A stretch of DNA of 64,000 nt from the NCBI GenBank assembly GCA_050950825.1, contig JBMNIH010000002.1:320001-384000 (forward strand). The letters are read 5' to 3'. A program made the translations under genes and the position numbers. Positions 1 to 8,762 of this stretch are shown here, piece after piece (within the stretch, counting starts at the first letter, position 1; every line of letters starts with the position of its first letter). Under the pieces are notes generated by a model. It made no database searches and was not told where the DNA came from. It worked only from the letters and a program-made list of their open reading frames with translations. The stretch is from Clostridia bacterium (GTDB taxonomy: Bacteria; Bacillota; Clostridia; JAAYHZ01).

Positions 1-578
1 TCATATGTCGAAATGCCGGATTGGGGCGGAGGACAAAAGTTATCCGCCGTATGTAGACCCGAAAATCCGTAATCGGAAAGCACCTCGCATACCTTGTCCG
101 CAAAGTAATCTTCGTAATAAGTTCCGTCCTTGAAGCGTTTTAATACGTGTAGAGAATAAACGGCAACACCGGAAGGATTGGCAATTCGGGTCAATAGCTC
201 GCGCCGGTCTGCATACCATTCTTTATGACGTGCACTGTTGGTTGAAACACCCATAATACCCAAAAGCGGCTTTATTCCGGCCTTGTTTAAGTGTTCGACA
301 AGTATTTTTAAATCGATGTTCGTCCAGTTTTGCCTTTCTCTTTCTTCGTTTCTCGGGCTGCCGTAATAGGAGCAATTGTCAGGCGGCAGATGCCGAACAC
401 GATCCGTTCCGTCATGCAAGTGTACAATATCCGCATGAAACAGGAAAACGGATACGGCATCCGGGATAAACCCCATACGTGAAATCAGCTCCCCTACCCC
501 CTTGTCGGGCTTATCCCGATCAAATCCGATTAAAGGCATCCAAACCCATTGTGAACCGGCTGCGGTATTTTCACCCAT
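1..578 (-). CDS. Hypothetical protein, 5' part only (runs off the left edge)
   Basis: Not in the ORF track. ATG at 578 follows AAAGGAGG; the frame MGENTAAGSQWVWMPLIGFDRDKPDKG...HTADNFCPPPQ stays open to position 1. Confidence 0.75.
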   Translation of the reverse strand, partial: MGENTAAGSQWVWMPLIGFDRDKPDKGVGELISRMGFIPDAVSVFLFHADIVHLHDGTDRVRHLPPDNCSYYGSPRNEERERQNWTNIDLKILVEHLNKAGIKPLLGIMGVSTNSARHKEWYADRRELLTRIANPSGVAVYSLHVLKRFKDGTYYEDYFADKVCEVLSDYGFSGLHTADNFCPPPQSGISTY

Positions 579-971
579 AGTAAAGCCTCCTTTTGTTTTT
601 CGTCTTCTTTTGAGATTTCGTAATCTCTTTCAAAACCTGCGACAAGGTACCTACGTTTTGCTCCCCATCCGTTACGGATGCCGCTTTAGCGTAGCGCTGC
701 CTTTTGGTAAAGTCTTTTTCCGTTGTACTTAAGATCGCAGGTTTTGACTTGTCTCCGATGCATATCCTTTTATCATTCCTTATCGTTCGTTTTCACATGA
801 ATTTGCAATCCGTTGCTATCCTTTACTGCGGGACAACCTTTCTCAATACTTGTTCGGATATATTCGATATCGAGAAATCAATAGATGAATTGAAGGAACT
901 TGCCGTCTCTCCATAAGGTACAAATACGGTCCCGTTCCGCACGGTTCACCTTTTATTAACAGCCGTACCTT

Positions 972-1904
972 CTATTCTTCGAAGCAATTGTATTGTGTTA
1001 ACATGTATTTTCCTATCTCGTAGCATAAAGCCACCGTTTGTTTTTTGATATGTAAGGGGACTTCGTGTAAAACGGTAACTTCCTTGCCCTTGTAAAACCA
1101 AGGCTTTCTTTTATGAGGCCAAGAATTATGAGGAAATACAATACGCGTGCTTTCGAAATTAAACGTACCGGGAAATTGAATATCCAACAATCCTTGAATA
1201 ATCGGATCGAAATTACAGGTTCCGAAAAACGGAGCCGTGTGACTATCCATATCGCCTAAATTGTCCGCAATATGAACACCTCTTAGCAAATCGCCCAAAG
1301 CAATGATACTTTCGTATTGGTCCGTACCCTGCATATGAGCATGCCCCGTATCCCAACAAGCATAAAGCATGGGATGATCTACAAACTCGATGTATTCTCT
1401 CATTTCCGTGCCGAACCGAAGATAATAGCCCGGAGTATCTTTATCCGCGCTATTTTCGATTAAAATATTCACGCCGTGTTTTTCCATGTCATCGAAAAAC
1501 AGTTGGTTATATTTTTTATTTTCTTTCATAAATTGCGTCGGCGTTGCTTTCGGCATCATAAGGCTATGCATAACCATATCTTTAATGCCGAGCATGGCGC
1601 ATGCCTCAATGGCCCTTTTTGTCGTTAAGATTAAATTTTGCCGTTCCTCTTCTCCTGCGAAATATCTCCCGTCAGGGCTATGGCATATGGTAAAGGAAAA
1701 GCCCATTTTTTCTGCGGTTATACCCACGGCTTCAATTTCCTTTTTCCATGCATCATCTTTAGCCAAAAACACCGACCCCGGGGTGTTGACCGTATACAAG
1801 CTTAAGTCAAAATTACGAAAACCCGTTCCTTCGAACAGAGCCAGTTGCTCCGCTATACTGTCAGCATATTCGCGAAATTCTGCAGTCGTTGTAGATACTT
1901 TCAT
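972..1904 (-). CDS. Sugar phosphate isomerase/epimerase family (xylose isomerase-like TIM barrel), copy 1
   Basis: Metal-binding motifs IENS, CWDTGHAH, HIADN, FNFE; SD GGGAGG upstream. Confidence 0.85.
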   Translation of the reverse strand: MKVSTTTAEFREYADSIAEQLALFEGTGFRNFDLSLYTVNTPGSVFLAKDDAWKKEIEAVGITAEKMGFSFTICHSPDGRYFAGEEERQNLILTTKRAIEACAMLGIKDMVMHSLMMPKATPTQFMKENKKYNQLFFDDMEKHGVNILIENSADKDTPGYYLRFGTEMREYIEFVDHPMLYACWDTGHAHMQGTDQYESIIALGDLLRGVHIADNLGDMDSHTAPFFGTCNFDPIIQGLLDIQFPGTFNFESTRIVFPHNSWPHKRKPWFYKGKEVTVLHEVPLHIKKQTVALCYEIGKYMLTQYNCFEE

Positions 1905-1963
1905 TTCTCATTTCCTCCCGTTTTTTTCTATGAGCATAAAAATCGTTTCCTTCACCGCTGTCG

Positions 1964-2896
1964 TTATTCCTCAAAGCAATTGTAGCTTGTTAAAATATGC
2001 TTTCCTATTTCGTAGCATAATGCCACCGCTTTCTTTTTAATATGCAGGGGAATTTGATGCAGGGTTTTGACTTCTTCTCCTTTATAAAACCAAGGTTTTC
2101 TTTTATGAGGCCAAGAATTTTGGGGAAATACAACATTTTCGCATTCATAATTAAAGGTACCGGCATATTGAATATCCAACAATCCTTGCATGACGGCATC
2201 GAAATTGCAGGTACCAAAAAAAGGAGCGGTATGGCTGTCGGCATTCCCTAAATTATCCGCAATGTGAAGACCTCTTAGCAAATTACCCAATGTTACGATG
2301 CTTTCATATTGGTCCACACCCTCCATATGAGCATGTCCTGTGTCCCAACATGCATAAAGCATGGGATGACCGACAAATTCGATGTATTCTTTCATCTCCA
2401 TGCCGAATCTCAGATAGTAGTCTCTTGAATTTTTTCGAGTGCTGTTTTCAATCAATACGTTTACGCCGTGCTTTTCCATATCGTCAAAAAACATTTCGTT
2501 GAATTTTTTGTTTTCCTTTTTAAATTGTGTCGGAGTTATTTCCGGATACGTGACGCTATGAACCACAATATCTTTTATCCCGAGCATGGCGCATGCCTCA
2601 ATCGCCCTTTTCGTTGTCAGAATTAGATTCTGCCGCTCTTCTTCACCGTTATAGAATTGTCCGCTCGGACCGTGACACAAGCAAAAAGAGAATCCAAGCT
2701 TTTCAGCCATGATGCCTACGGCTTCAATTTCCTTTTTCCATTCATCGTTCTTTTCCAAATACAAAGAACCCGGGCTATTGATCGTATACAAGCTTAAGTC
2801 AAATATGCGAAAACCGGTCCCCTCGAAGAGAGCCAACTGTTCCGCTCGGTTTTTTGCATATCCACTCAAATCAGCGGTGGTTGTTGATAACTTCAT
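1964..2896 (-). CDS. Sugar phosphate isomerase/epimerase family, copy 2 (tandem paralog)
   Basis: Same motifs and colinear with 972-1904. Start moved to MKLSTTT (2896) after AAGGAGG. Confidence 0.85.
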   Translation of the reverse strand: MKLSTTTADLSGYAKNRAEQLALFEGTGFRIFDLSLYTINSPGSLYLEKNDEWKKEIEAVGIMAEKLGFSFCLCHGPSGQFYNGEEERQNLILTTKRAIEACAMLGIKDIVVHSVTYPEITPTQFKKENKKFNEMFFDDMEKHGVNVLIENSTRKNSRDYYLRFGMEMKEYIEFVGHPMLYACWDTGHAHMEGVDQYESIVTLGNLLRGLHIADNLGNADSHTAPFFGTCNFDAVMQGLLDIQYAGTFNYECENVVFPQNSWPHKRKPWFYKGEEVKTLHQIPLHIKKKAVALCYEIGKHILTSYNCFEE

Positions 2897-3075
2897 TTTT
2901 CCCTCCTTAAAGACAGCCATTAGGTATAAGAACGGGCTGTTCTATCTCCTACATTCGATATTTTACCATTATTCTATCAATATCTTTTATCAATAACGTG
3001 TAGTCCGTTTTTATTTTTTATAAAAATTATGCCGGCTTCCTAAAAAACCATATCTACGTTGAAGATAATAAAACA

Positions 3076-3095
3076 ACCGGTGTGAACACCGGTTT
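3076..3095 (-). terminator. Probable intrinsic terminator after the SGNH gene
   Basis: AACCGGTGT-GA-ACACCGGTT hairpin with T-rich flanks. Confidence 0.55.
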
Positions 3096-3126
3096 TCCTG
3101 CTTTTAATATATGTTTTTCGCTCTAT

Positions 3127-4152
3127 CTATTTTCTTTTTTGTATTTCTTTCAAAAGATTCAAGCCGTAATGCATAAAGCCTAAATCATTCGGATGAACTC
3201 CGTCCACAAAATATTCCGGCATATTCGGTACCATCTTTAAACCGTTAATGATATGAACCGATTTAAACCGGCCGGCAATTTGCTCTATTTCTTTCCTTGT
3301 TTCATAAAGATATCCCATAGCCTTAGGTTCTCCTTCGCTGCTGCACCATACGGGAGTGATTGCGTAAATTTTTGCTTCGGGATAAAGGGTCGTTAATTTA
3401 TTGAAAAAGCTTTTGCACATTTTTTTGAAATAGTCAACGGAGTCAAAACGGTACCAGTCATTAATACCGTATGCAACGGTTATAATGTCAGGCTTTATAT
3501 TCATATCTTCATCTAGTATTTTTTCATCGAAAATGTCGCCACCGATTCCATGGTTTAACATGTTTATTCCCAAAAATCTTGCCAGCTGTACGGGGTAAGC
3601 CGACGATGGATTTTTTGCGGTCATACCTTGCGTTATGGAATCCCCAAGGCACAACATTGTTTTCTTATGCATGGCTTCATCGGAGCAATGCTCTACTATG
3701 CTTCCGGCTTCCGGTTCGATTGCCTTTATACGTACATCCGCAAGATGCGGCAGATAGATCGTTACTTTTTGCATCTTCTTATCATCTTTAACCTTTCCGT
3801 TAAGATGCCTCCGGCAAAGGTCAAAGGATACGGAATCCGGTAAGCTTTTCACGGGTTCGGCACCGACGGTTTCTATGAAAACATCATCAATGTATAAGTC
3901 AAAATATGCAAAATTTCGGGCAAAAGCCAATGCTTGAACATGCAGCTTTATATACGAAGAGTCGGTAACCAATTCGATACCCACTCCCGAAGGACAATAG
4001 CTTCGTACTCTTCGACTTTCTTCCTTATGGAATTCCGAAAAAAGCTTATCCGAAAATCGGACAGGCCACAGGCTTCCGTCATCACAAATCTTTACATCAT
4101 ACGCATTTTTGAAGTACTTCTTTACATTGCCACTTTTTTGATCCAATAGCAT
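3127..4152 (-). CDS. SGNH/GDSL hydrolase family esterase
   Basis: LGDSITQG block I, GINDW block III, DGVHPN block V. Confidence 0.88.
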   Translation of the reverse strand: MLLDQKSGNVKKYFKNAYDVKICDDGSLWPVRFSDKLFSEFHKEESRRVRSYCPSGVGIELVTDSSYIKLHVQALAFARNFAYFDLYIDDVFIETVGAEPVKSLPDSVSFDLCRRHLNGKVKDDKKMQKVTIYLPHLADVRIKAIEPEAGSIVEHCSDEAMHKKTMLCLGDSITQGMTAKNPSSAYPVQLARFLGINMLNHGIGGDIFDEKILDEDMNIKPDIITVAYGINDWYRFDSVDYFKKMCKSFFNKLTTLYPEAKIYAITPVWCSSEGEPKAMGYLYETRKEIEQIAGRFKSVHIINGLKMVPNMPEYFVDGVHPNDLGFMHYGLNLLKEIQKRK

Positions 4153-4360
4153 CCCTATCCCCTCGCTTTATGTTTCGACTGTATTTATTCATAAACCGTC
4201 GTTTTTGTAAGATATCTTTTCACTTTTTCGACCTTCTCCTCATTTTATGATATTTTGCAAATGTCATCAACATATTCTAGTAAAATGATGGATTGTCCCG
4301 ATGTATCATTGTATAATAATGGCGGAACGAAACTATCTTTTAAAATTAAGGGTAACGAAT

Positions 4361-5086
4361 ATGAAAGAGTCAATTTGGCACGGTTTTAAAAGAACGGATT
4401 TTACATTTGAAGGAATGGACGCCATAATCGTATTTCCCGATGAATCAAATAAAACGGATAAATGGCTTTTAAAAACGGAATATTTTAACGCCTTTCCCGA
4501 AGCCGAAATACGGATGGTACAGCTGGGCTGGCATCTTGCGTATGTAAAAAACATCAGTCGCTGGGGCCCGGAAGAGGATTTTGACAGAAAAAAGAGATTC
4601 GCCGATTTTCTACATAAAGAATACGGTTTGTATGAAAAATGCATTCCTGTGGGTATGAGCTGTGGCGGTATGATAGCCGTGTATTTCGCGGCAAAATATC
4701 CTGAAAAAGTATCGGCATTATATCTGGATGCGCCTGTTATGAATTTTCTATCGTGTCCTGCCAATTTCGGTATTGCCAAAGGAGATATGCTGGAAGATTT
4801 TTTAAGAGACCGAAAAATGACTTTATCCGAATTAATTTGCTATCGCGAACATCCCATTGATAAAATTCCTTTGTTAGCGGAAAATGACATTCCCGTTCTT
4901 TTGGTGTACGGGGATAACGATGAAGTCGTTCCGTTCTGCGAAAACGGGAAATGCTTGGTTGATTATTATACAACCCACGGTAAAACCATCGAAGCAATCG
5001 GCAAGAAAAACTGCGGCCACCATCCTCATGGACTTGAAGATGCCAAACCGATTATCGATTTTATGTTCAAATACAAGGATCGATGA
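4361..5086 (+). CDS. Alpha/beta hydrolase
   Basis: GMSCGG nucleophile elbow, GDNDEVVP acid, GHHPHG His; likely start MKESIWHG. Confidence 0.8.
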   Translation: MKESIWHGFKRTDFTFEGMDAIIVFPDESNKTDKWLLKTEYFNAFPEAEIRMVQLGWHLAYVKNISRWGPEEDFDRKKRFADFLHKEYGLYEKCIPVGMSCGGMIAVYFAAKYPEKVSALYLDAPVMNFLSCPANFGIAKGDMLEDFLRDRKMTLSELICYREHPIDKIPLLAENDIPVLLVYGDNDEVVPFCENGKCLVDYYTTHGKTIEAIGKKNCGHHPHGLEDAKPIIDFMFKYKDR

Positions 5087-5307
5087 ATAAAATTAAAAAG
5101 ATAAATTTGCATGAATTAAAGTCAGCAGAAAAATATTCGGATGCCGAAACATCCGAATATTTGCATTTTTATTACCCTCGGTATGTTTATACCAAGGACT
5201 TTTCCACTCACTAGACTTTTCCAATAAGCAGATCATCTTTTCAATGATATTTATGCAAGCATTATAGACTCTTATTAGTAATATTACATGCGGGATTATC
5301 AAACCTT

Positions 5308-6238
5308 TTATAAAACATAATCGGTTATACAGTCATACCGGTGAACATAGGTTTCACCGTTAATATAGACAATTTCATTTTGCAGCAGTCTTTCACTCCA
5401 CTTTTGTCGGTATTTTTTGTAGGTCCAATCATCTTTATTATATCTTCGCCGGAGCACGGTTCTGCCGTTTTTATCGAGATATGTTTGTGTCATCAAGCCG
5501 CCGGTACAGCTTTCAATGCCAACAACCAAAATGGTATCATAGGTCTTACCTCCGATTATAACCTCATAGCGCCCAACAACATCAAGTGCATCTTTTTCTT
5601 TTGCAGGTTATCCTGTCGCCGTCCGGAGTAACTATGCCTTTAGGCTTGATATGCGTTTCTTTTCCACAGTTATCTATGCCATAACCCCAATTTTTAAGGA
5701 AATCTTCATCTAAAAAGGTATCGGTATGTTTGACATCTCCGACATAATGAGATTCAAGTAAAATCCGGCAGTGTTCTGAAGTTTTGCTTCGCCTTGTGCA
5801 AACGACTCTTAACTGTGCCCAAGGGTATACCTAGCGCTTTTGCAATTTCTTTTTGAGGTTTTTGCTTAAAATAGTAAAGATACGGTATTTGCTTTTCTTT
5901 ATCGACAAGGCTCGACAGAGTTTCGTTAACCACTTCATTTACGGTTAAGCCTACTCGTGAAAATGAAGTTTCATAAAGGATGTTTTCATCAAGCGGCAGT
6001 TCAAGTTCTTTAGCCTTTCCCCGGTAAAAGTCATTGATTTTATTCCCGGCAATAGCGATGATCCAAGGTTTGAATTTATCTTTATTGCTTAACGTGTCGA
6101 AATTTGAGAAGGCCGCAAGATACACTGCCTGCAGAATGTCTTCTCCATCGGTCTTATTATTTACTTTATAGAATACCGGGCGCTCAAGAGCGTTTTACAT
6201 GTGTTTAACAAATCTTCAAATTCTTTTCGCTTATCCAA
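5308..6238 (-). pseudogene. Decayed ECF sigma-70 factor with a long C-terminal extension
   Basis: TTG start after GGGGTGA (MDKRKEFEDLL). Frameshift before region 2 (GEDILQAVYLAAF...FKPWIIAIAGN). Region 4 is EIAKALGIPLGTVKSRLHKAK. Further frameshifted pieces follow (FLDEDFLKNWGYG, DVVGRYEVIIGGKTYDTI, YLDKNGRTVLRRRYN...YVHRYDCITDYVL). Confidence 0.75.
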
Positions 6239-6685
6239 ATCATCACCCCCATTCTTCATGTTTTACTTGAAACCGGTTTCGTCTATACAAGACGGATTAT
6301 TATATCAAAAGGTTCATCCCGGGAGAAAAAATTTGAGACCATCAATAGCTTTTTATATAAATGCCTTCGAATTCTCAAGCCATGCCATCGAATTTCAACA
6401 TATGAAAAGCCATCTATCTTTACATGGTAATGGGGTTGTCACCTGTGCAGGGAATATCAAAATGATAGAATCGATCATCCCGGAACTAGTGTTAAGCAAA
6501 GAGGAGGAAGATGCCGTTGGTTATGGCTTATAGTAGATATGTTTTGATCCTTACGAACGGAAAAATGTATCTTTGTTCTTGTTTTGGATTAACGATGAGA
6601 TTAAGAGCTTCGGACACTATTAAAAACCGGATACCCTATTTTTGACGCTGTTCTACGAAAATTCCCGGTTATCGTACCGGTCAAA

Positions 6686-7111
6686 TCACTCACTGATTTC
6701 AATATCGACGTTAACTTCTACGTTTCCCTTAATCATAGACCATACCGGGCATAACTTTTCTTCCGCAACTTTCAGTGCTTCTAGAGCGTCGGCTTTAGAC
6801 AACTCCTTCGACTTGATATCCAGTGTTAATAAAATATGTTGAAGCGCTTTCGGGTGTTCTTTACGTACAGTACCTTGTACTTCCACAACAACTCCATCTA
6901 TCTTTTTCTTCATCCTATAACGTAACAGTGATAAAAGTGTGGTGCTTACGCAGGAACCGAAGCTTGCCATAAAAAGCTCCAATGAAGTGTAGCCCTTCCC
7001 GGATCCGATAGGAGGAAAATAGTCAATTATTATCTCCGGATTCTCACGAGCCGTAGCGCTATACATGGTTTTTTCATCGATTGTTTGCATTTTTACAGTT
7101 ATAGTATCCAT
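6686..7111 (-). CDS. OsmC family protein
   Basis: SLELFMASFGSC and EKLCPV Cys pair; start MDTITVK after AAAGGA. Confidence 0.85.
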   Translation of the reverse strand: MDTITVKMQTIDEKTMYSATARENPEIIIDYFPPIGSGKGYTSLELFMASFGSCVSTTLLSLLRYRMKKKIDGVVVEVQGTVRKEHPKALQHILLTLDIKSKELSKADALEALKVAEEKLCPVWSMIKGNVEVNVDIEISE

Positions 7112-7115
7112 AATT

Positions 7116-7688
7116 TCAATCCTTTCTTTTTCTATGGTTTGAATGTGTTGCCACATCAAATATCATATTAATTTCTTCAATAATTTCGCTGTCCGGAATA
7201 TCTTCCTCCAGAAGAATAATTCGCTGAATCATTTCCGTAATAGACCGTGCAATAAACTTTGCCCACTGTACTGAACCGACAATAGAAGCATACTCCTCCC
7301 AAGCTTTTTGGTAGGCTCTCTGTTCCCATTCCATAAGCTTTTTTCGGCACTCATCAAAGCCGTCGCATCTCAGCCACGTTTTAATTGCAAGACGATAAAT
7401 GATGCGTTCGTCCTCCGATAAATGCTTTTTTTGTATGACCTTTTGAATATTGTACTCGATATGTGAAATGTCCTTAGGAAGCTGTGTCCAAAGCCGCGCA
7501 ACCAATTCCTCAAAAGCCACACGGACGACTTCATCGAAAAGCTTCTCTTTATTCTCATAGTAGTAGTATATTGTAGGCATCTTACAACCCGCAAGTTTAC
7601 AGATATCACGTAAAGCCGTACCGTGAAAACCGTGTATATCAAACAATCTTCGGGCATGGTATGCAATTTTCTCTTTCATTGGTTCCAT
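7116..7688 (-). CDS. TetR/AcrR family transcriptional regulator
   Basis: N-terminal HTH: GFHGTALRDICKLAGCKMPTIYYYYENKEKLF. Confidence 0.9.
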   Translation of the reverse strand: MEPMKEKIAYHARRLFDIHGFHGTALRDICKLAGCKMPTIYYYYENKEKLFDEVVRVAFEELVARLWTQLPKDISHIEYNIQKVIQKKHLSEDERIIYRLAIKTWLRCDGFDECRKKLMEWEQRAYQKAWEEYASIVGSVQWAKFIARSITEMIQRIILLEEDIPDSEIIEEINMIFDVATHSNHRKRKD

Positions 7689-7701
7689 TGTTTCACCTTG
7701 C

Positions 7702-7747
7702 TATATATCGTTAGATATATAATATGCCTGTGTTGAATATTTGTCAA
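7702..7747 (-). promoter_or_regulatory. sigmaA promoter with an overlapping palindromic operator (likely TetR autoregulation)
   Basis: TTGACA-17-TATTAT on the minus strand; TATATATC-GTTA-GATATATA inverted repeat at 7702-7721. Confidence 0.65.
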
Positions 7748-7905
7748 TAAGAACATATAGCCATGATTTCAAATTTGAACATGCCGTACCGTCCACATAT
7801 ACGATAAAGAAAGGCGTTCATGTATTTATAATATGCCCGTCGTTAAACATCTAAAAAAACGCTTGGCGTTCTTTTACGGTAAGTACAATTGCAGACGAGT
7901 ATCTT

Positions 7906-8301
7906 TTATGTGGTTGCTTCTATCCATCTCTCAACAATTTCTCTTATGATTTGACTATTTTCCTGTATTTCATCTAGACTTTTAAATGATGCAACGGCTC
8001 TGTCTTTTCCCTTCCATACTAAAATATCATAATTATCGCTTAGTAATCTTTCCTTCGGTTGCTCCTTAACCTTCGCTCCACGGTGAAATATAACTTGAAG
8101 ATGTTTTTGCGGATTTATTCTGATTGTGATACGATCTTCTCCATTAATACTGTAGTTAGGACCGTTCCACTTAATTCCCTCTGTTAATTCGTAATCCGTG
8201 CTCATTATTATTTTTCTTAAATATTCGATCTCTTCTCTTAACGAATGTTTTAGATTATCTAAAAATGCCGTCACTTCACCGTTTAATTTGTTTTGGCCCA
8301 T
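7906..8301 (-). CDS. DUF1801 (YdhG-like) domain protein
   Basis: EIEYLRKIIM...LTEGIKWNGPNY pattern; start MGQNKL after GGAGGAG. Confidence 0.8.
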   Translation of the reverse strand: MGQNKLNGEVTAFLDNLKHSLREEIEYLRKIIMSTDYELTEGIKWNGPNYSINGEDRITIRINPQKHLQVIFHRGAKVKEQPKERLLSDNYDILVWKGKDRAVASFKSLDEIQENSQIIREIVERWIEATT

Positions 8302-8658
8302 ATTCTTTCTCCTCCATATACAAAAAGCAATCCGGGTGTTCCGATCCATCAAAATACAGGTATCGTTTGCTGACATATGTACATTTTTTAACTCTTCAAT
8401 TCATCAAGATCCGCTCTAATGCGAGCGAGTTATTTCTTCTTCACTGCTCCGCGTGACATTCCTACAAATCCTAATACCCATATTTAAATAAACCAAGTGC
8501 CTGTCGATGTCAATAAACGATCTTATCATGTATGACGGCCGTAAAAAAAAGAAAGCATAGATGAAAGCCGGTAAGTAGTTGACAGAGAACGTAATTATCG
8601 ACAATGTGCTCCATGTTGTTTCTCGAACGGAAATACGAAAAAAGAAAGAAAGAAAACA

Positions 8659-8697
8659 ACCGCCACAATCTGCCGGTATCGGGCAGATTGTGGCGGT
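8659..8697 (-). terminator. Intrinsic terminator of hppA
   Basis: ACCGCCACAATCTGCC / GGCAGATTGTGGCGGT stem followed on the minus strand by a T-rich tail. Confidence 0.8.
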
Positions 8698-8762
8698 GAA
8701 GAGGTGAAATATAGTTTTATTTTGTAAACAGAACAGTAAAAATCGTTCAGCTTGCCAAATTG

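Noticed and set aside
920-955. CCGCACGGTTC resembling the end of group II intron domain V
   Set aside because: No matching 5' arm with the AGC/CGC triad, no other domains, and no reverse transcriptase.
6201-6645. 110-aa plus-strand ORF and a 44-aa ORF after GAGGAGG
   Set aside because: No recognisable motif, and the longer ORF overlaps the start of the sigma pseudogene; probably decayed sequence.
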